Part shown: positions 21,433-28,769 of the stretch, one piece after another | Numbering within the stretch: the stretch's first letter is position 1 | Layout of the letters: each line of letters opens with the position of its first letter | Assembly: GCA_041394685.1 (NCBI GenBank) | Contig: JAWKHU010000034.1 | Coordinates: 150,827-214,826 of the forward strand | Origin: Vicinamibacterales bacterium | Lineage (GTDB): Bacteria > Acidobacteriota > Vicinamibacteria > Vicinamibacterales > UBA2999 | DNA: 64,000 nt | Direction of reading: 5' to 3' | Position numbers and translations under genes: made by a program | The notes under the pieces: model-generated | Database searches by the model: none | What the model saw: only the letters and a program-made list of their open reading frames with translations | What the model was told of the DNA's origin: nothing

Positions 21433-21497
21433 CCAAGCCCCAAGCCCCAAGCCCCAAGCCCCAAGCCCCAAGCCCCAAGCCCCAGGTCCCAGGTCCC
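21433..21497. repeat. 7-nt microsatellite CCAAGCC x7 followed by CCAGGTC x2, abutting the intI stop codon
   Basis: Read directly. The minus strand is (CTTGGGG)n. Confidence 0.9.
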
Positions 21498-22465
21498 TTA
21501 CAACCGATCTGCCGGGCTCCGCACCCCGAGGCCGCCGCGGCTCAGCACGTGGGTATAGATCATCGTCGTGCTGACGTCGGCGTGGCCCAGCAGTTCCTGA
21601 ACGGTGCGGATGTCGTATCCATCCTCGAGCAGGTGTGTGGCGAACGAATGGCGCAGCGTGTGACAGCTCGCACGCTTGGTGATGCCGCAGGCCCTTACGG
21701 CCGCGGTGACGGCGCGCTGGATGACGGTTTCGTGGAGATGGAAGCGGCTCGGCGGGCCCCAGCGCGGGTCCCGGCAGATGCGGGCAGCCGGGAAGACGAA
21801 TTGCCACGGCCACGACGAAGCGGCGTTGGGATACTTGGCGGTCAGCGCATCGGGAAGCACCACGCGCCCGAATCCTTGCGCGAGGTCGGCGTCGTGCAGA
21901 CGACGGGTCTCGTCGAGCTGTCGTCGCAGGGCCGTCACGACCGACGCGGGAAGCATCGTGACGCGGTCCTTGCGGCCCTTCCCCTGGCGCACGATGAGTT
22001 CCAGCCGCTCCAGGTCCACGTCCTTGACGCGCAACGACAGGCCTTCGAGTAGACGCAGGCCGCTGCCGTAGAGCAGCGATGCCACAGGTGCGAGACCCCC
22101 TCCAGGTGCTCGAGGAGCCGGCGGACCTCTGGCGGGTCAGCACGACGGGCAGGCGCGGGGGTGTGCGCACGCGCGTGAGTGCCGGCAGGTCTCCCAGTGG
22201 ACGGCCGAGGACGTGTTCGTAGAGGAACACGAGTGCGCACAGCGCCTGGTTCTGTGTGGACGCGCTGACCTGCCCCCGCACGGCCAGCGCGGACAGAAAG
22301 GCCGACACCTCGGCGCCACCGAGGCGGTCGGGGTGCTGCAGCCGGTGGAACACGACAAAGCGACGTGTCCAGTGCGCTGTAGGCCTCCTCGGTCCGGGGG
22401 CTGAAGTGCCGAACGCGACAGGCCCGGCGCACCCGGTCGAGCAGTCGTGGCCGTTCCCCCGACAT
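21498..22465 (-). CDS. intI: Integron integrase IntI (tyrosine recombinase); at least 2 frame breaks in the N-terminal half (about 22090-22380)
   Basis: ORF 21498..22085(-) has '[16 protein letters not shown]' and the IntI-specific insertion '[50 protein letters not shown]'. It also has '[40 protein letters not shown]...GVRSPADRL', close to the IntI1 pattern. The N-terminus is '[29 protein letters not shown]'. Confidence 0.92.
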
Positions 22466-22639
22466 CGCGGCCGGACCGCCCCATCCGCCTTCTTGTCGCC
22501 GTCATCCTGGTCCATGGCGAACCAGCGAGCCAGTTCCGTGCCAGCGCCGCTTTCAGCCGGCGCGGCCCTGCAGGAGCATCAGATGCCAAGAACGTTTCGG
22601 AATATGCCACCTGACCGTCTTCGGCCAACGCATCACTTG

Positions 22640-22822
22640 CAGAACCCGTTAGCCTGACAGGAGAGTCCGCGTTGACCCTGGCGCTGAACAGAACGGTCTC
22701 ATACGGGCGTCGAAGAGGTTTGCGGGAGTGTCCGCCCTTGAGGAAGAAGAAGGCTGACCGCCGATGCGGCGGGATCGGTTCTGGATGGGGTAGGCTACAG
22801 GCGGTCTAGTAATCTGTTAGCC
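22640..22822 (+). other. attI region. The predicted crossover core is GTTAGCC at 22816..22822; a second GTTAGCC at 22647..22653 may be an IntI-binding direct repeat.
   Basis: 'taatctGTTAGCCagacaaga' matches the 'GTTAGCCagaca' junctions seen after attC2 and attC6. The first cassette ATG is 10 nt downstream. Confidence 0.6.
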
Positions 22823-22831
22823 AGACAAGAC

Positions 22832-23176
22832 ATGGTGAAAGCTGAACTGAGACGAATTCACAGCCCAGACTTGTCGGAACCCGATCTGCCCCCCGATCCG
22901 ACAGATTGTGTGGTTCTGGTTCAGGCCCTCATCGGCCCGAAGGACGGCAGCGGCGAGGAGTCATTTGACTTTGAGGTCGTCGCACCATTGAGCGCCAGCA
23001 GTCCCGGTCGTGGTCGAGTGGTGGTTGAACGCTTCGACTGGCCCAGTGTCCGGACTCACATCACAGAACGCCTCGCTTCCGCGCAGGGCCACTCTTGGTC
23101 CGACGTGGCTCGGCAGCTCGACCAACACTGGTGTTGGGAGTTCGCGGACTACCGGGAGTTCGGAGCCAACGGTTGA
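22832..23176 (+). CDS. Cassette 1: Imm8-like immunity protein (114 aa)
   Basis: 'AELRRIHSPDLSEPDLPPDPTDCVVLVQALIGPKDGSGEESFDFEVV...WSDVARQLDQHWCWEFADY' matches my memory of the Imm8 (PF15586) pattern (HSPD..., IGP..G.EGEESFD..V, WEFEDY). Confidence 0.55.
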   Translation: MVKAELRRIHSPDLSEPDLPPDPTDCVVLVQALIGPKDGSGEESFDFEVVAPLSASSPGRGRVVVERFDWPSVRTHITERLASAQGHSWSDVARQLDQHWCWEFADYREFGANG

Positions 23177-23213
23177 TCTCGCTGTCCTGCCTAGCGAGCA
23201 TCCGGGCACAGCT

Positions 23214-23302
23214 GGCTAGCCAGCGCATGCAGCCGACGGCGGTCAGGCGCTGTGGCATCATGCGGGCATCCGACCGCCGCGGCTGATGCGCGGGCGTTAG
23301 GC
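23214..23302 (+). repeat. attC 1 (89 bp)
   Basis: R'' GGCTAGC ... 'cagcgcatgcagccgacggcgg' ... 'ccgccgcggctgatgcgcg' ... R' GTTAGGC. Confidence 0.85.
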
Positions 23303-23313
23303 AGACCCAATCA

Positions 23314-23739
23314 ATGAGCCCGTCGACGGCTGAAGAGCGGCTACGTGCTGGGTTGCGGCATTGTTCAGAGATGTCGAAGGCATTGTCTGAGCTTCAAGAG
23401 CGAGTCGACGATGCGTCGTCTCTTCGTCCGGCCATCCGCGCAGTTGGCGCCATCCTTGGTTGGTTCGATCTCGAGTTGTTTCGGCCCATCGAGCGTGAGC
23501 ATCCAGAACTCGTCGGGTGGTCGACTGCGGACCGCGACTGGTCGCCGGAGTCCGCGCCGGCCCCAACCCTGACGGACGCGTTCGATGCGTGTGAGCGGGC
23601 CGTGGCCAACAGCCTTGGTGTGGCGAAGTTCGTCGTAGGCGAGGCGGGCCTGTCTCTGCGGGCGCGTGCTGAACTCGAGCGCCTCGTTGCACAGTGCCAG
23701 AGTGCAGGCCGTGCTGCTCGTCGCAATGGGGCTGCCTAA
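23314..23739 (+). CDS. Cassette 2: hypothetical helical protein (141 aa)
   Basis: Intact ORF. Its stop TAA is supplied by the attC R'' core (GCCTAAC). Confidence 0.55.
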   Translation: MSPSTAEERLRAGLRHCSEMSKALSELQERVDDASSLRPAIRAVGAILGWFDLELFRPIEREHPELVGWSTADRDWSPESAPAPTLTDAFDACERAVANSLGVAKFVVGEAGLSLRARAELERLVAQCQSAGRAARRNGAA

Positions 23740-23820
23740 CCAGCGCATGCAGCCGGCGGCGGTCAGCACCGTGGCATCATTGGATATCGACGCGCCGCGG
23801 CTGATGCGCGGTCGTTAGCC
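23734..23820 (+). repeat. attC 2 (87 bp)
   Basis: R'' GCCTAAC ... R' GTTAGCC. The arms are nearly identical to attC1, attC4 and attC5. Confidence 0.9.
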
Positions 23821-23839
23821 AGACAGACTGAGACGCAGA

Positions 23840-24421
23840 ATGAATGTCCGCCAGGCACCAGCAGTGTCAATAGAGTCCGTTAGGGAAGTGGCGCGCATTC
23901 TGTGGCCCCGGTTCATCGAGTTCGACGGATTGATGTGGGTCGATCTACCCGGGTGTAGGCCGAGACGTGGTGCGGCGACACCGAACCCGACTACAGGCAT
24001 GGACCGAACCGGCATCGAAGCCTTCGCCAGCCATATCCATCTCTTGGATCTGTTTGCGCACGACCGACGCGTGTTTGACAGACGAACGCTGCTTTACGAC
24101 CGGAGCCATCGTCACTTCCGTACGGCTGAACAGTTGGGTCAGACGGTGGCGCAGACGTGGTGCGCGCGGCTTCGGAGTGACTATCCTGGCCAACACTTCC
24201 GCGTCTACTACACCCGCGACGACGATCCGGCCGTTCGTTTTCACCGCGTGTACGCTGGCGAGCCAGTGTGGATGGAGGATCCCACGCCTGCCCCATCGAC
24301 TCGAGTCGTGCGCGCCGTCTGGGATACGCATCGGCTGGCTAACCAGCGCTTGCAGCCGGCGGCGTCGAACAACCGTGCCACTCAGACAGGCAAGCCGCCG
24401 CGGCTGAAGCGCAGTCGTTAG
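23840..24421 (+). CDS. Cassette 3: hypothetical protein (193 aa as given; the last ~25 aa read through the attC)
   Basis: Intact ORF filling the cassette. No family recognised. Confidence 0.5.
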   Translation: MNVRQAPAVSIESVREVARILWPRFIEFDGLMWVDLPGCRPRRGAATPNPTTGMDRTGIEAFASHIHLLDLFAHDRRVFDRRTLLYDRSHRHFRTAEQLGQTVAQTWCARLRSDYPGQHFRVYYTRDDDPAVRFHRVYAGEPVWMEDPTPAPSTRVVRAVWDTHRLANQRLQPAASNNRATQTGKPPRLKRSR

Positions 24422-24423
24422 CC
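24337..24423 (+). repeat. attC 3 (87 bp)
   Basis: R'' GGCTAAC ... R' GTTAGCC. Confidence 0.85.
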
Positions 24424-24435
24424 GGACAAACCGGA

Positions 24436-25167
24436 ATGCCGAACAAGCGCCTCGAACGTTGGTACCTCGAGCAGCTGAAGAGTGAGCTTCCGGACTTTCC
24501 GACCGGCGAGGTGGAACCCGGAGAGTCGCCAGACTTCGTGGTCCGAGAACCCGAAGGCTCGGTCGGAATTGAGATCACCGTCTTTCACCGGGCACCTGCC
24601 CACGGAGAACGGCCCCACCAAGAGCTTCAGAGTCTCAAAGATGGCGTCGTCGACCTCGCGCGCCGAATGCACCACGAGAGCGGTGGGCCGGCACTATACG
24701 TGACGGTCTTCTTCCACGAGCCCATCGCCTTCAACAAGCGGAGCGCTCAGTCAGTAGCCGCTGCAATCGCAGGGGCGGTATCACAGACAGCCGTACCATC
24801 ATCAATCGGCGATGGCTCTCGCAGCGTTGCGTGGGACCATCTGCCGGATGGCGTTGTGGCGATCACGATCTATGCCAGTGTAGACGGCGCCGATCGGCTC
24901 TGGTCCGCCGACGCCGGCGGCTGGGTGGCCCCAGTCACGGCGAACGAGATCGACGTGGTGCTGCGCGGAAAGCAGTCAATGTTGACGATCGCCAGGACGA
25001 AGTGCCGACGTGTCTGGCTCGTGGTCGTAAACGACGTCTTTTCGAGAGCAGCACCCGTGGAGCTCAGCGACGAAGCGAGGCATCATCTCTACCCGTACGG
25101 GTTCAATCGGGTGTTCTGGCTCGATGCGCATGCTCCCGCGATCACGGAACTTAAGCGAGCCGGCTAA
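24436..25167 (+). CDS. Cassette 4: hypothetical protein (243 aa) with a possible PD-(D/E)xK nuclease-like N-terminal core
   Basis: 'GESPDFVVREPEGSVGIEITVF' (D ... E-x-T in beta-strand context). The stop TAA lies in the attC R'' core. Confidence 0.5.
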   Translation: MPNKRLERWYLEQLKSELPDFPTGEVEPGESPDFVVREPEGSVGIEITVFHRAPAHGERPHQELQSLKDGVVDLARRMHHESGGPALYVTVFFHEPIAFNKRSAQSVAAAIAGAVSQTAVPSSIGDGSRSVAWDHLPDGVVAITIYASVDGADRLWSADAGGWVAPVTANEIDVVLRGKQSMLTIARTKCRRVWLVVVNDVFSRAAPVELSDEARHHLYPYGFNRVFWLDAHAPAITELKRAG

Positions 25168-25250
25168 CCAGCGGTTGCAGCCGACGGCGGTTGGGCACTG
25201 TGGCATCATGCGGGGCAGCAACCGCCGCGGCTGAACCGCGGTCGTTAGAC
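25162..25250 (+). repeat. attC 4 (89 bp)
   Basis: R'' GGCTAAC ... R' GTTAGAC. Confidence 0.9.
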
Positions 25251-25257
25251 GGACTCC

Positions 25258-25828
25258 ATGTCACGCGATCGCGAACACGTCGTGTGTTGCCTGTGTGGCT
25301 CTGCGTGTGAGATGCGTCGGCCGTCGTGCTCAGCGTATCAAGCAGGCCCGCGGACGAAGGCTCCCAGCATCTCTGGGTGCATTCAACGTGTCTGAGAAAC
25401 CACTTGGCAATCGACGCACCCCTCCTTTCGGAACTGAAAGACAATCACGACGTCTCACCACTTGGGCCGGGGCTGATCGAGCGTCTCGCGGCGTGCGTGC
25501 GCGCCTTGTCCGAGGCCTCTGAGGCCTGTCGACAAGCCCAAGAGCGTCCACGATACGAGGCACGCCTTGCCGGCGCTGCTCGAATGTTCGAGGCGCTCCG
25601 GCGCGACTCGACGTGTGCGAGCCTGATTCCGCTACTCGAGACAGAACAGCGAGCACTTGGTTGGGGTGCTTCAGTGAAGCTGCAGGCGCGAACGTCGAAC
25701 GGGCGTTCAGCGACTTCGCTGCGGCGGCGAGGCGACTCGCCGTCTCACCAGCGCATGCAGCCGACGGCGGTCGGGCGTTGTGGCATCATGCGGGCAGTCG
25801 ACCGCCGCGGCTGATGCGCGGTCGTTAG
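25258..25828 (+). CDS. Cassette 5: hypothetical protein, possibly with an N-terminal Cys/His zinc-finger; needs frame corrections (about 25320 and about 25660)
   Basis: ATG 25258 gives 'MSRDREHVVCCLCGSACEMRRPS', joining ORF 25326.. '...SQHLWVHSTCLRNHL' (C-x2-C ... H-x2-C). The tail is uncertain. Confidence 0.35.
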
Positions 25829-25830
25829 CC
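25742..25830 (+). repeat. attC 5 (89 bp; degenerate R'')
   Basis: R'' GTCTCAC ... 'cagcgcatgcagccgacggcgg' ... R' GTTAGCC. Confidence 0.8.
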
Positions 25831-25885
25831 AGAGCTGAGTCAGGAATTCAATCCTTTCGGCTGGCGGGTCGACGGTTCCGAACTC

Positions 25886-26233
25886 TTGGCCCGGCCCGCG
25901 GTGCGTGCCAGTCAGACCCTCGACGACCTCGCGGTCCTTGTGCTGCTCGCGATCTGCAGTTGCATCTGCGTCCCGGCCTCGCTCCGGATCGTGGCGGACG
26001 CTACGGCTCCCGGCGACGACCGGGGCGTCTCGTGCATGTGGGGACGTGGCCCGGTCAGTTGGGGCGCGTTCGGCGGCGCGCCTTGGGCGCGGCGGCCGTG
26101 GAGCCGGCGTGAGCGGTCCGGGCCGGCCATCACCCCGGTGCGCCTCGCAGACGGCGCGCCATGGTCCGGGCTCATCGACCGGGGGTGCGTGTTCCGGACA
26201 GCCGGTCGGCGATCGCCGCGTCCGGCTGGCTAA
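25886..26233 (+). CDS. Cassette 6: uncertain ORF (115 aa)
   Basis: This is the only frame whose stop is the TAA of the attC R'' core, as in cassettes 2, 4, 8 and 11b. The N-terminal part 'TLDDLAVLVLLAICSCICV' is TM-like, but the rest is compositionally poor and frame errors are likely. Confidence 0.25.
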   Translation: MARPAVRASQTLDDLAVLVLLAICSCICVPASLRIVADATAPGDDRGVSCMWGRGPVSWGAFGGAPWARRPWSRRERSGPAITPVRLADGAPWSGLIDRGCVFRTAGRRSPRPAG

Positions 26234-26382
26234 CCAGACGCTGCAGCTGACCATCGGCACCGCCATCATCAAGCCCGGTGTCATCATCGTGGTTCCGCGG
26301 GCAGTCGGCGGGCGTATTATCGGAGGCGCTTGCTCCCAGCGTGCTCTTGGTGCCGCTGGCAGCTGAGCGCTGGTCGTTAGCC
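26228..26382 (+). repeat. attC 6 (155 bp, long variable loop)
   Basis: R'' GGCTAAC 'cagacgctgcagctg' ... 'cagctgagcgctggtc' R' GTTAGCC. Confidence 0.8.
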
Positions 26383-26422
26383 AGACAGAGAATCGGCGTG
26401 GCGCCAACAACGAGGTCGTGAG

Positions 26423-26953
26423 TTGAAGCACCGGGAGTGGCACGCGGAGGTGAAGCGCCTATTGAAGATGTCGGCCGAGAAGCCTGAGGCCGCGTCGCGC
26501 CGCTTGCGCCGATTGGCTGGTGCCGTAGAGCGTGAAATCAAGCACGGTCTGCATGACTGGCACGTTACGCAGACTCTCCACCTGGCAAGTCTCGCCGAAG
26601 CCGCAATGGGAAATCACACAGCCGCGGCCGTCACCCTGGCGCGGGTGGCCGAGCACCAGAAGAGCTCCTTGGACTATGAGGTCAGGGCGTACGTGTCGGC
26701 CTGTGCTGCGGCGGCCCTTGAGTACGCGAAGGCTGGCGACATGGAAAAGGCTGTGACCATGGTGCGGGAAGCTAGGCCATGGGGAAGGCGACTTCAACCG
26801 CCCGACCATCTCTTGAAGTCTGCATCGAGACTGATCCGAGGCTGGCATAGTGGCGACCAAGGGCTGGCCAACCAGCGCGTGAAGCCGACGGCGGCCGGGC
26901 AGCGGGACAGGGCCCGGGCAGCGAGGCGCCGCGGCTTACGCGCAAGTCGTTAG
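26423..26953 (+). CDS. Cassette 7: hypothetical all-helical (TPR-like) protein; TTG start preceded by GAGG
   Basis: ORF 26423..26953. Its C-terminal ~28 aa read through the attC. Confidence 0.45.
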   Translation: MKHREWHAEVKRLLKMSAEKPEAASRRLRRLAGAVEREIKHGLHDWHVTQTLHLASLAEAAMGNHTAAAVTLARVAEHQKSSLDYEVRAYVSACAAAALEYAKAGDMEKAVTMVREARPWGRRLQPPDHLLKSASRLIRGWHSGDQGLANQRVKPTAAGQRDRARAARRRGLRASR

Positions 26954-26955
26954 GC
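26866..26955 (+). repeat. attC 7 (90 bp)
   Basis: R'' GGCCAAC ... R' GTTAGGC. Confidence 0.8.
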
Positions 26956-26978
26956 AGACTCATTAGCGCGAGCGCATC

Positions 26979-27311
26979 ATGGATCAGCCGGACATCCGGG
27001 ATGCCCGTGCCAAAGCGGCCAAGATCGCAGCGGCGGTCTTGGCAAGGCAGCTCAGTCCAGTACTGGGCGCCGTCGACTTGAACAGGCTGCGCTTTTCGGT
27101 GGACGTGCCGACCGACGACCCAGACTTTGAAACGTTCATCCTTATCGACTCGGAGTGCGATGGCCTGCCAATCGGGTCGGTTCGGCAGTACTGGTCTCCC
27201 GAGGCGCTTACCCGAAAAGAACCTGAGGTCGCGCATGCCGAGCGTTGGGCAATGGACGCTGGCGCCGAAGCCTTCAGGAATGTGCTGGAGCGCTTTGGGC
27301 CCGCTGCCTAA
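26979..27311 (+). CDS. Cassette 8: hypothetical protein (110 aa)
   Basis: Intact ORF with its stop TAA in the attC R'' core. Confidence 0.5.
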   Translation: MDQPDIRDARAKAAKIAAAVLARQLSPVLGAVDLNRLRFSVDVPTDDPDFETFILIDSECDGLPIGSVRQYWSPEALTRKEPEVAHAERWAMDAGAEAFRNVLERFGPAA

Positions 27312-27412
27312 CAAGCCGCTGCACCTGACGGCAACGGGGCCCGCTCGCGCGTGCCCCTGCGCTCGGTGGTGTCGTGACTCGCGCTGCCGCAGGTGAGCGG
27401 CAGCCGTTAGGC
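27306..27412 (+). repeat. attC 8 (107 bp)
   Basis: R'' GCCTAAC 'aagccgctgcacctgacgg' ... 'ccgcaggtgagcggcagcc' R' GTTAGGC. Confidence 0.85.
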
Positions 27413-27439
27413 CGGATCAAGATTAGTCGGGTCAATCGA

Positions 27440-27796
27440 ATGAAGTGGATAGAGCGGGTGTTCGGACGCCGCAGGCGCATCGTTGATATGACGGCCGAAG
27501 AAGTTGCCGCGACCATCGAGAACTTTATCGAAGGCCGTGGCGGACCTTGGGAATGGGACGACTTTCTGTCCTTCCAGATCACGGACCCGCAACTCGAGTC
27601 TATTCGGGAACGCTGCAACGGACTGTCGGAAGAGTGTCCCCCTGGTATGGGTGGCGGCTATTGTGGGCTCGAAGGCGTTGACGTCATGCGCGTGTTCGTT
27701 CGGGAACTCAGGGAACGTGCGGCCAAACAAACCGCTGTACCTGACGGCACCGGGTCGCGCTCGGTGCAATCCGTGCCGCGCGCATGCCGCAGGTGA
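27440..27796 (+). CDS. Cassette 9: hypothetical small protein
   Basis: ATG 27440 gives 'MKWIERVF...EEVAATIENFIEGRGGPWEWDDFLSFQITDPQLESIRERC...'. The tail reads into the attC. Confidence 0.5.
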   Translation: MKWIERVFGRRRRIVDMTAEEVAATIENFIEGRGGPWEWDDFLSFQITDPQLESIRERCNGLSEECPPGMGGGYCGLEGVDVMRVFVRELRERAAKQTAVPDGTGSRSVQSVPRACRR

Positions 27797-27813
27797 GCGG
27801 CACTCCGTTGGGC
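27722..27813 (+). repeat. attC 9 (92 bp; same arm subtype as attC 8)
   Basis: R'' GCCAAAC 'aaaccgctgtacctgacgg' ... 'ccgcaggtgagcggcactcc' R' GTTGGGC. Confidence 0.85.
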
Positions 27814-27831
27814 TGCGAACTGGAGCAAGCC

Positions 27832-28362
27832 ATGATGAAGATCCCTAGGATGCGAATACCGGTGTTCGTCTCGGCTCCCAGTCCGGACAATCTCAGTCCC
27901 TCTCAAGAGCAGAGCGCGGCCATCATCCAGAAGCTTGTAACGCGGTACAAACTGGAATGGCGCGCGTTGGGACGAAGCGACTATCCCAATAGCCTTCCTC
28001 TGAAGGAGGTCCTGAGGATGGTCAAGCATTGTTCGGGAGGGATCATTCTTGGCTTCGAGCAGTTTCGAGCGCCCAACGGGAGTTCAAACCGGGCAGCCCG
28101 AACGCAAAGACTGCAACGTCCGCAGTGTCCTTCCCGACTCCGTGGAATCAGCTCGAAGCAGGCATCCTTTTCAGTAGCGGTTTGCCGATGGTGATCTTCA
28201 GAGAGGCCGGTATCGCAGGTTGGGTGTTTGATGTGGGGACGTCAGAGGTGTTCATCCACCAGATGCCGAACTCTGCGATGGCACCTCAAGCCTTGGACGA
28301 TCTGGATTCCCGTCTTCCAGAACTGGGTGGCTCGTGTCCGGACTCACTACTATGGCGAGTGA
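27832..28362 (+). CDS. Cassette 10 gene A: TIR-like / nucleoside 2-deoxyribosyltransferase-like protein (about 175 aa after two frame corrections, near 28085 and 28305)
   Basis: 'MMKIPRMRIPVFVSAPSPDNLSPSQ...VKHCSGGIILGFEQF' is followed, after a shift, by 'FPTPWNQLEAGILFSSGLPMVIFREAG' (N-x3-E-x-G motif). A further shift gives '...WIPVFQNWVARVRTHYYGE*'. Confidence 0.45.
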
Positions 28363-28651
28363 CTACTGTCCCCAACCGCTTTCCACCGACCACATCCAGT
28401 TGGATGACGACCTGTTGAAGCTTGTCGAGCGACTGGCAGAACACGCGCACGACATCTGGGCACTGCAGAGAATCAACGATGGATGGCGCTTCGGGCCGGA
28501 GAGGTGCGACAACACGAAGCGTCACCCCTGTTTTGGTCCCGCACTCGAAACTGCCCGAATCAGAGAAGTCATGCGATCGCAATGCGGTTGTTGGCACGAT
28601 CCGGGCAGCACTCGCTTTGGGTTTTGTAGGTACGAAGTGTTGCTCCGATGA
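28352..28651 (+). CDS. Cassette 10 gene B: RyR-domain protein (frameshift near 28530; 3' end uncertain, 28651 or 28727)
   Basis: ATG 28352 overlaps the gene A stop (ATGGCGAGTGA). 'LVERLAEHAHDIWALQRINDGWRFGPERCDNTKRHPC' is followed, in the shifted frame, by 'LVPHSKLPESEKSCDRNAVVGTIRAALALGF'. Together these match the RyR (PF02026) consensus as I remember it. Confidence 0.6.
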   Translation: MASDYCPQPLSTDHIQLDDDLLKLVERLAEHAHDIWALQRINDGWRFGPERCDNTKRHPCFGPALETARIREVMRSQCGCWHDPGSTRFGFCRYEVLLR

Positions 28652-28653
28652 AG

Positions 28654-28718
28654 CAGCCCAACAGGGCGCTGCAGCCGACGGCTGCGCGGCGCGGCTGAGC
28701 GCTGACGTCGGTCGTTCG
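28654..28718 (+). repeat. attC 10 (65 bp, short)
   Basis: R'' GCCCAAC 'agggcgctgcagccgacgg' ... 'gcggctgagcgc...gtcggtc' R' GTTCGAC. Confidence 0.75.
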
Positions 28719-28769
28719 ACGGACTAATCGACCACACTGAAGATCAGCTAAGGCAACTGAGGAACTGAC

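Noticed and set aside
19778-21497. Could the short tandem repeats be CRISPR arrays?
   Set aside because: Units are only 7-9 nt and directly adjacent with no unique spacers. No cas genes are present in the window.
21498-22465. Calling intI an inactivated pseudogene (and the array a dead integron) because its N-terminal half is frame-broken.
   Set aside because: Identical 1-nt frame breaks affect essential genes all over the window, so they are most likely sequence errors. All catalytic motifs are intact. The question stays open until reads are checked.
22647-22653. The upstream GTTAGCC as the attI crossover point, which would make 22654..22816 an empty first cassette.
   Set aside because: There is no attC-like palindrome and no ORF between the two cores. 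The second core (22816) has the same 'GTTAGCCagaca' junction as real cassette boundaries. The upstream copy is better explained as an IntI-binding direct repeat of attI, though this is unproven.
22466-22830. A canonical LexA box (CTGT-N8-ACAG) or a clear sigma70 Pc/Pint promoter between intI and attI.
   Set aside because: No CTGT-N8-ACAG was found. The closest candidates ('GAACgtttcggAATA', 'TTGACC...', 'TAGTAAT') lack proper partner hexamers or spacing, and the lineage-specific consensus is unknown. No promoter is reported.
25831-26227. Minus-strand ORFs in cassette 6 (25912..26175(-) and the 25745..26443(-) frame) as an inverted cassette gene or toxin-antitoxin.
   Set aside because: GC3 is high in both the plus and minus candidate frames, and the translations are Arg/Pro/Ser-rich with no motif. 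Only the plus frame terminates in the R'' TAA as other cassettes do. No confident call is possible without frame correction.
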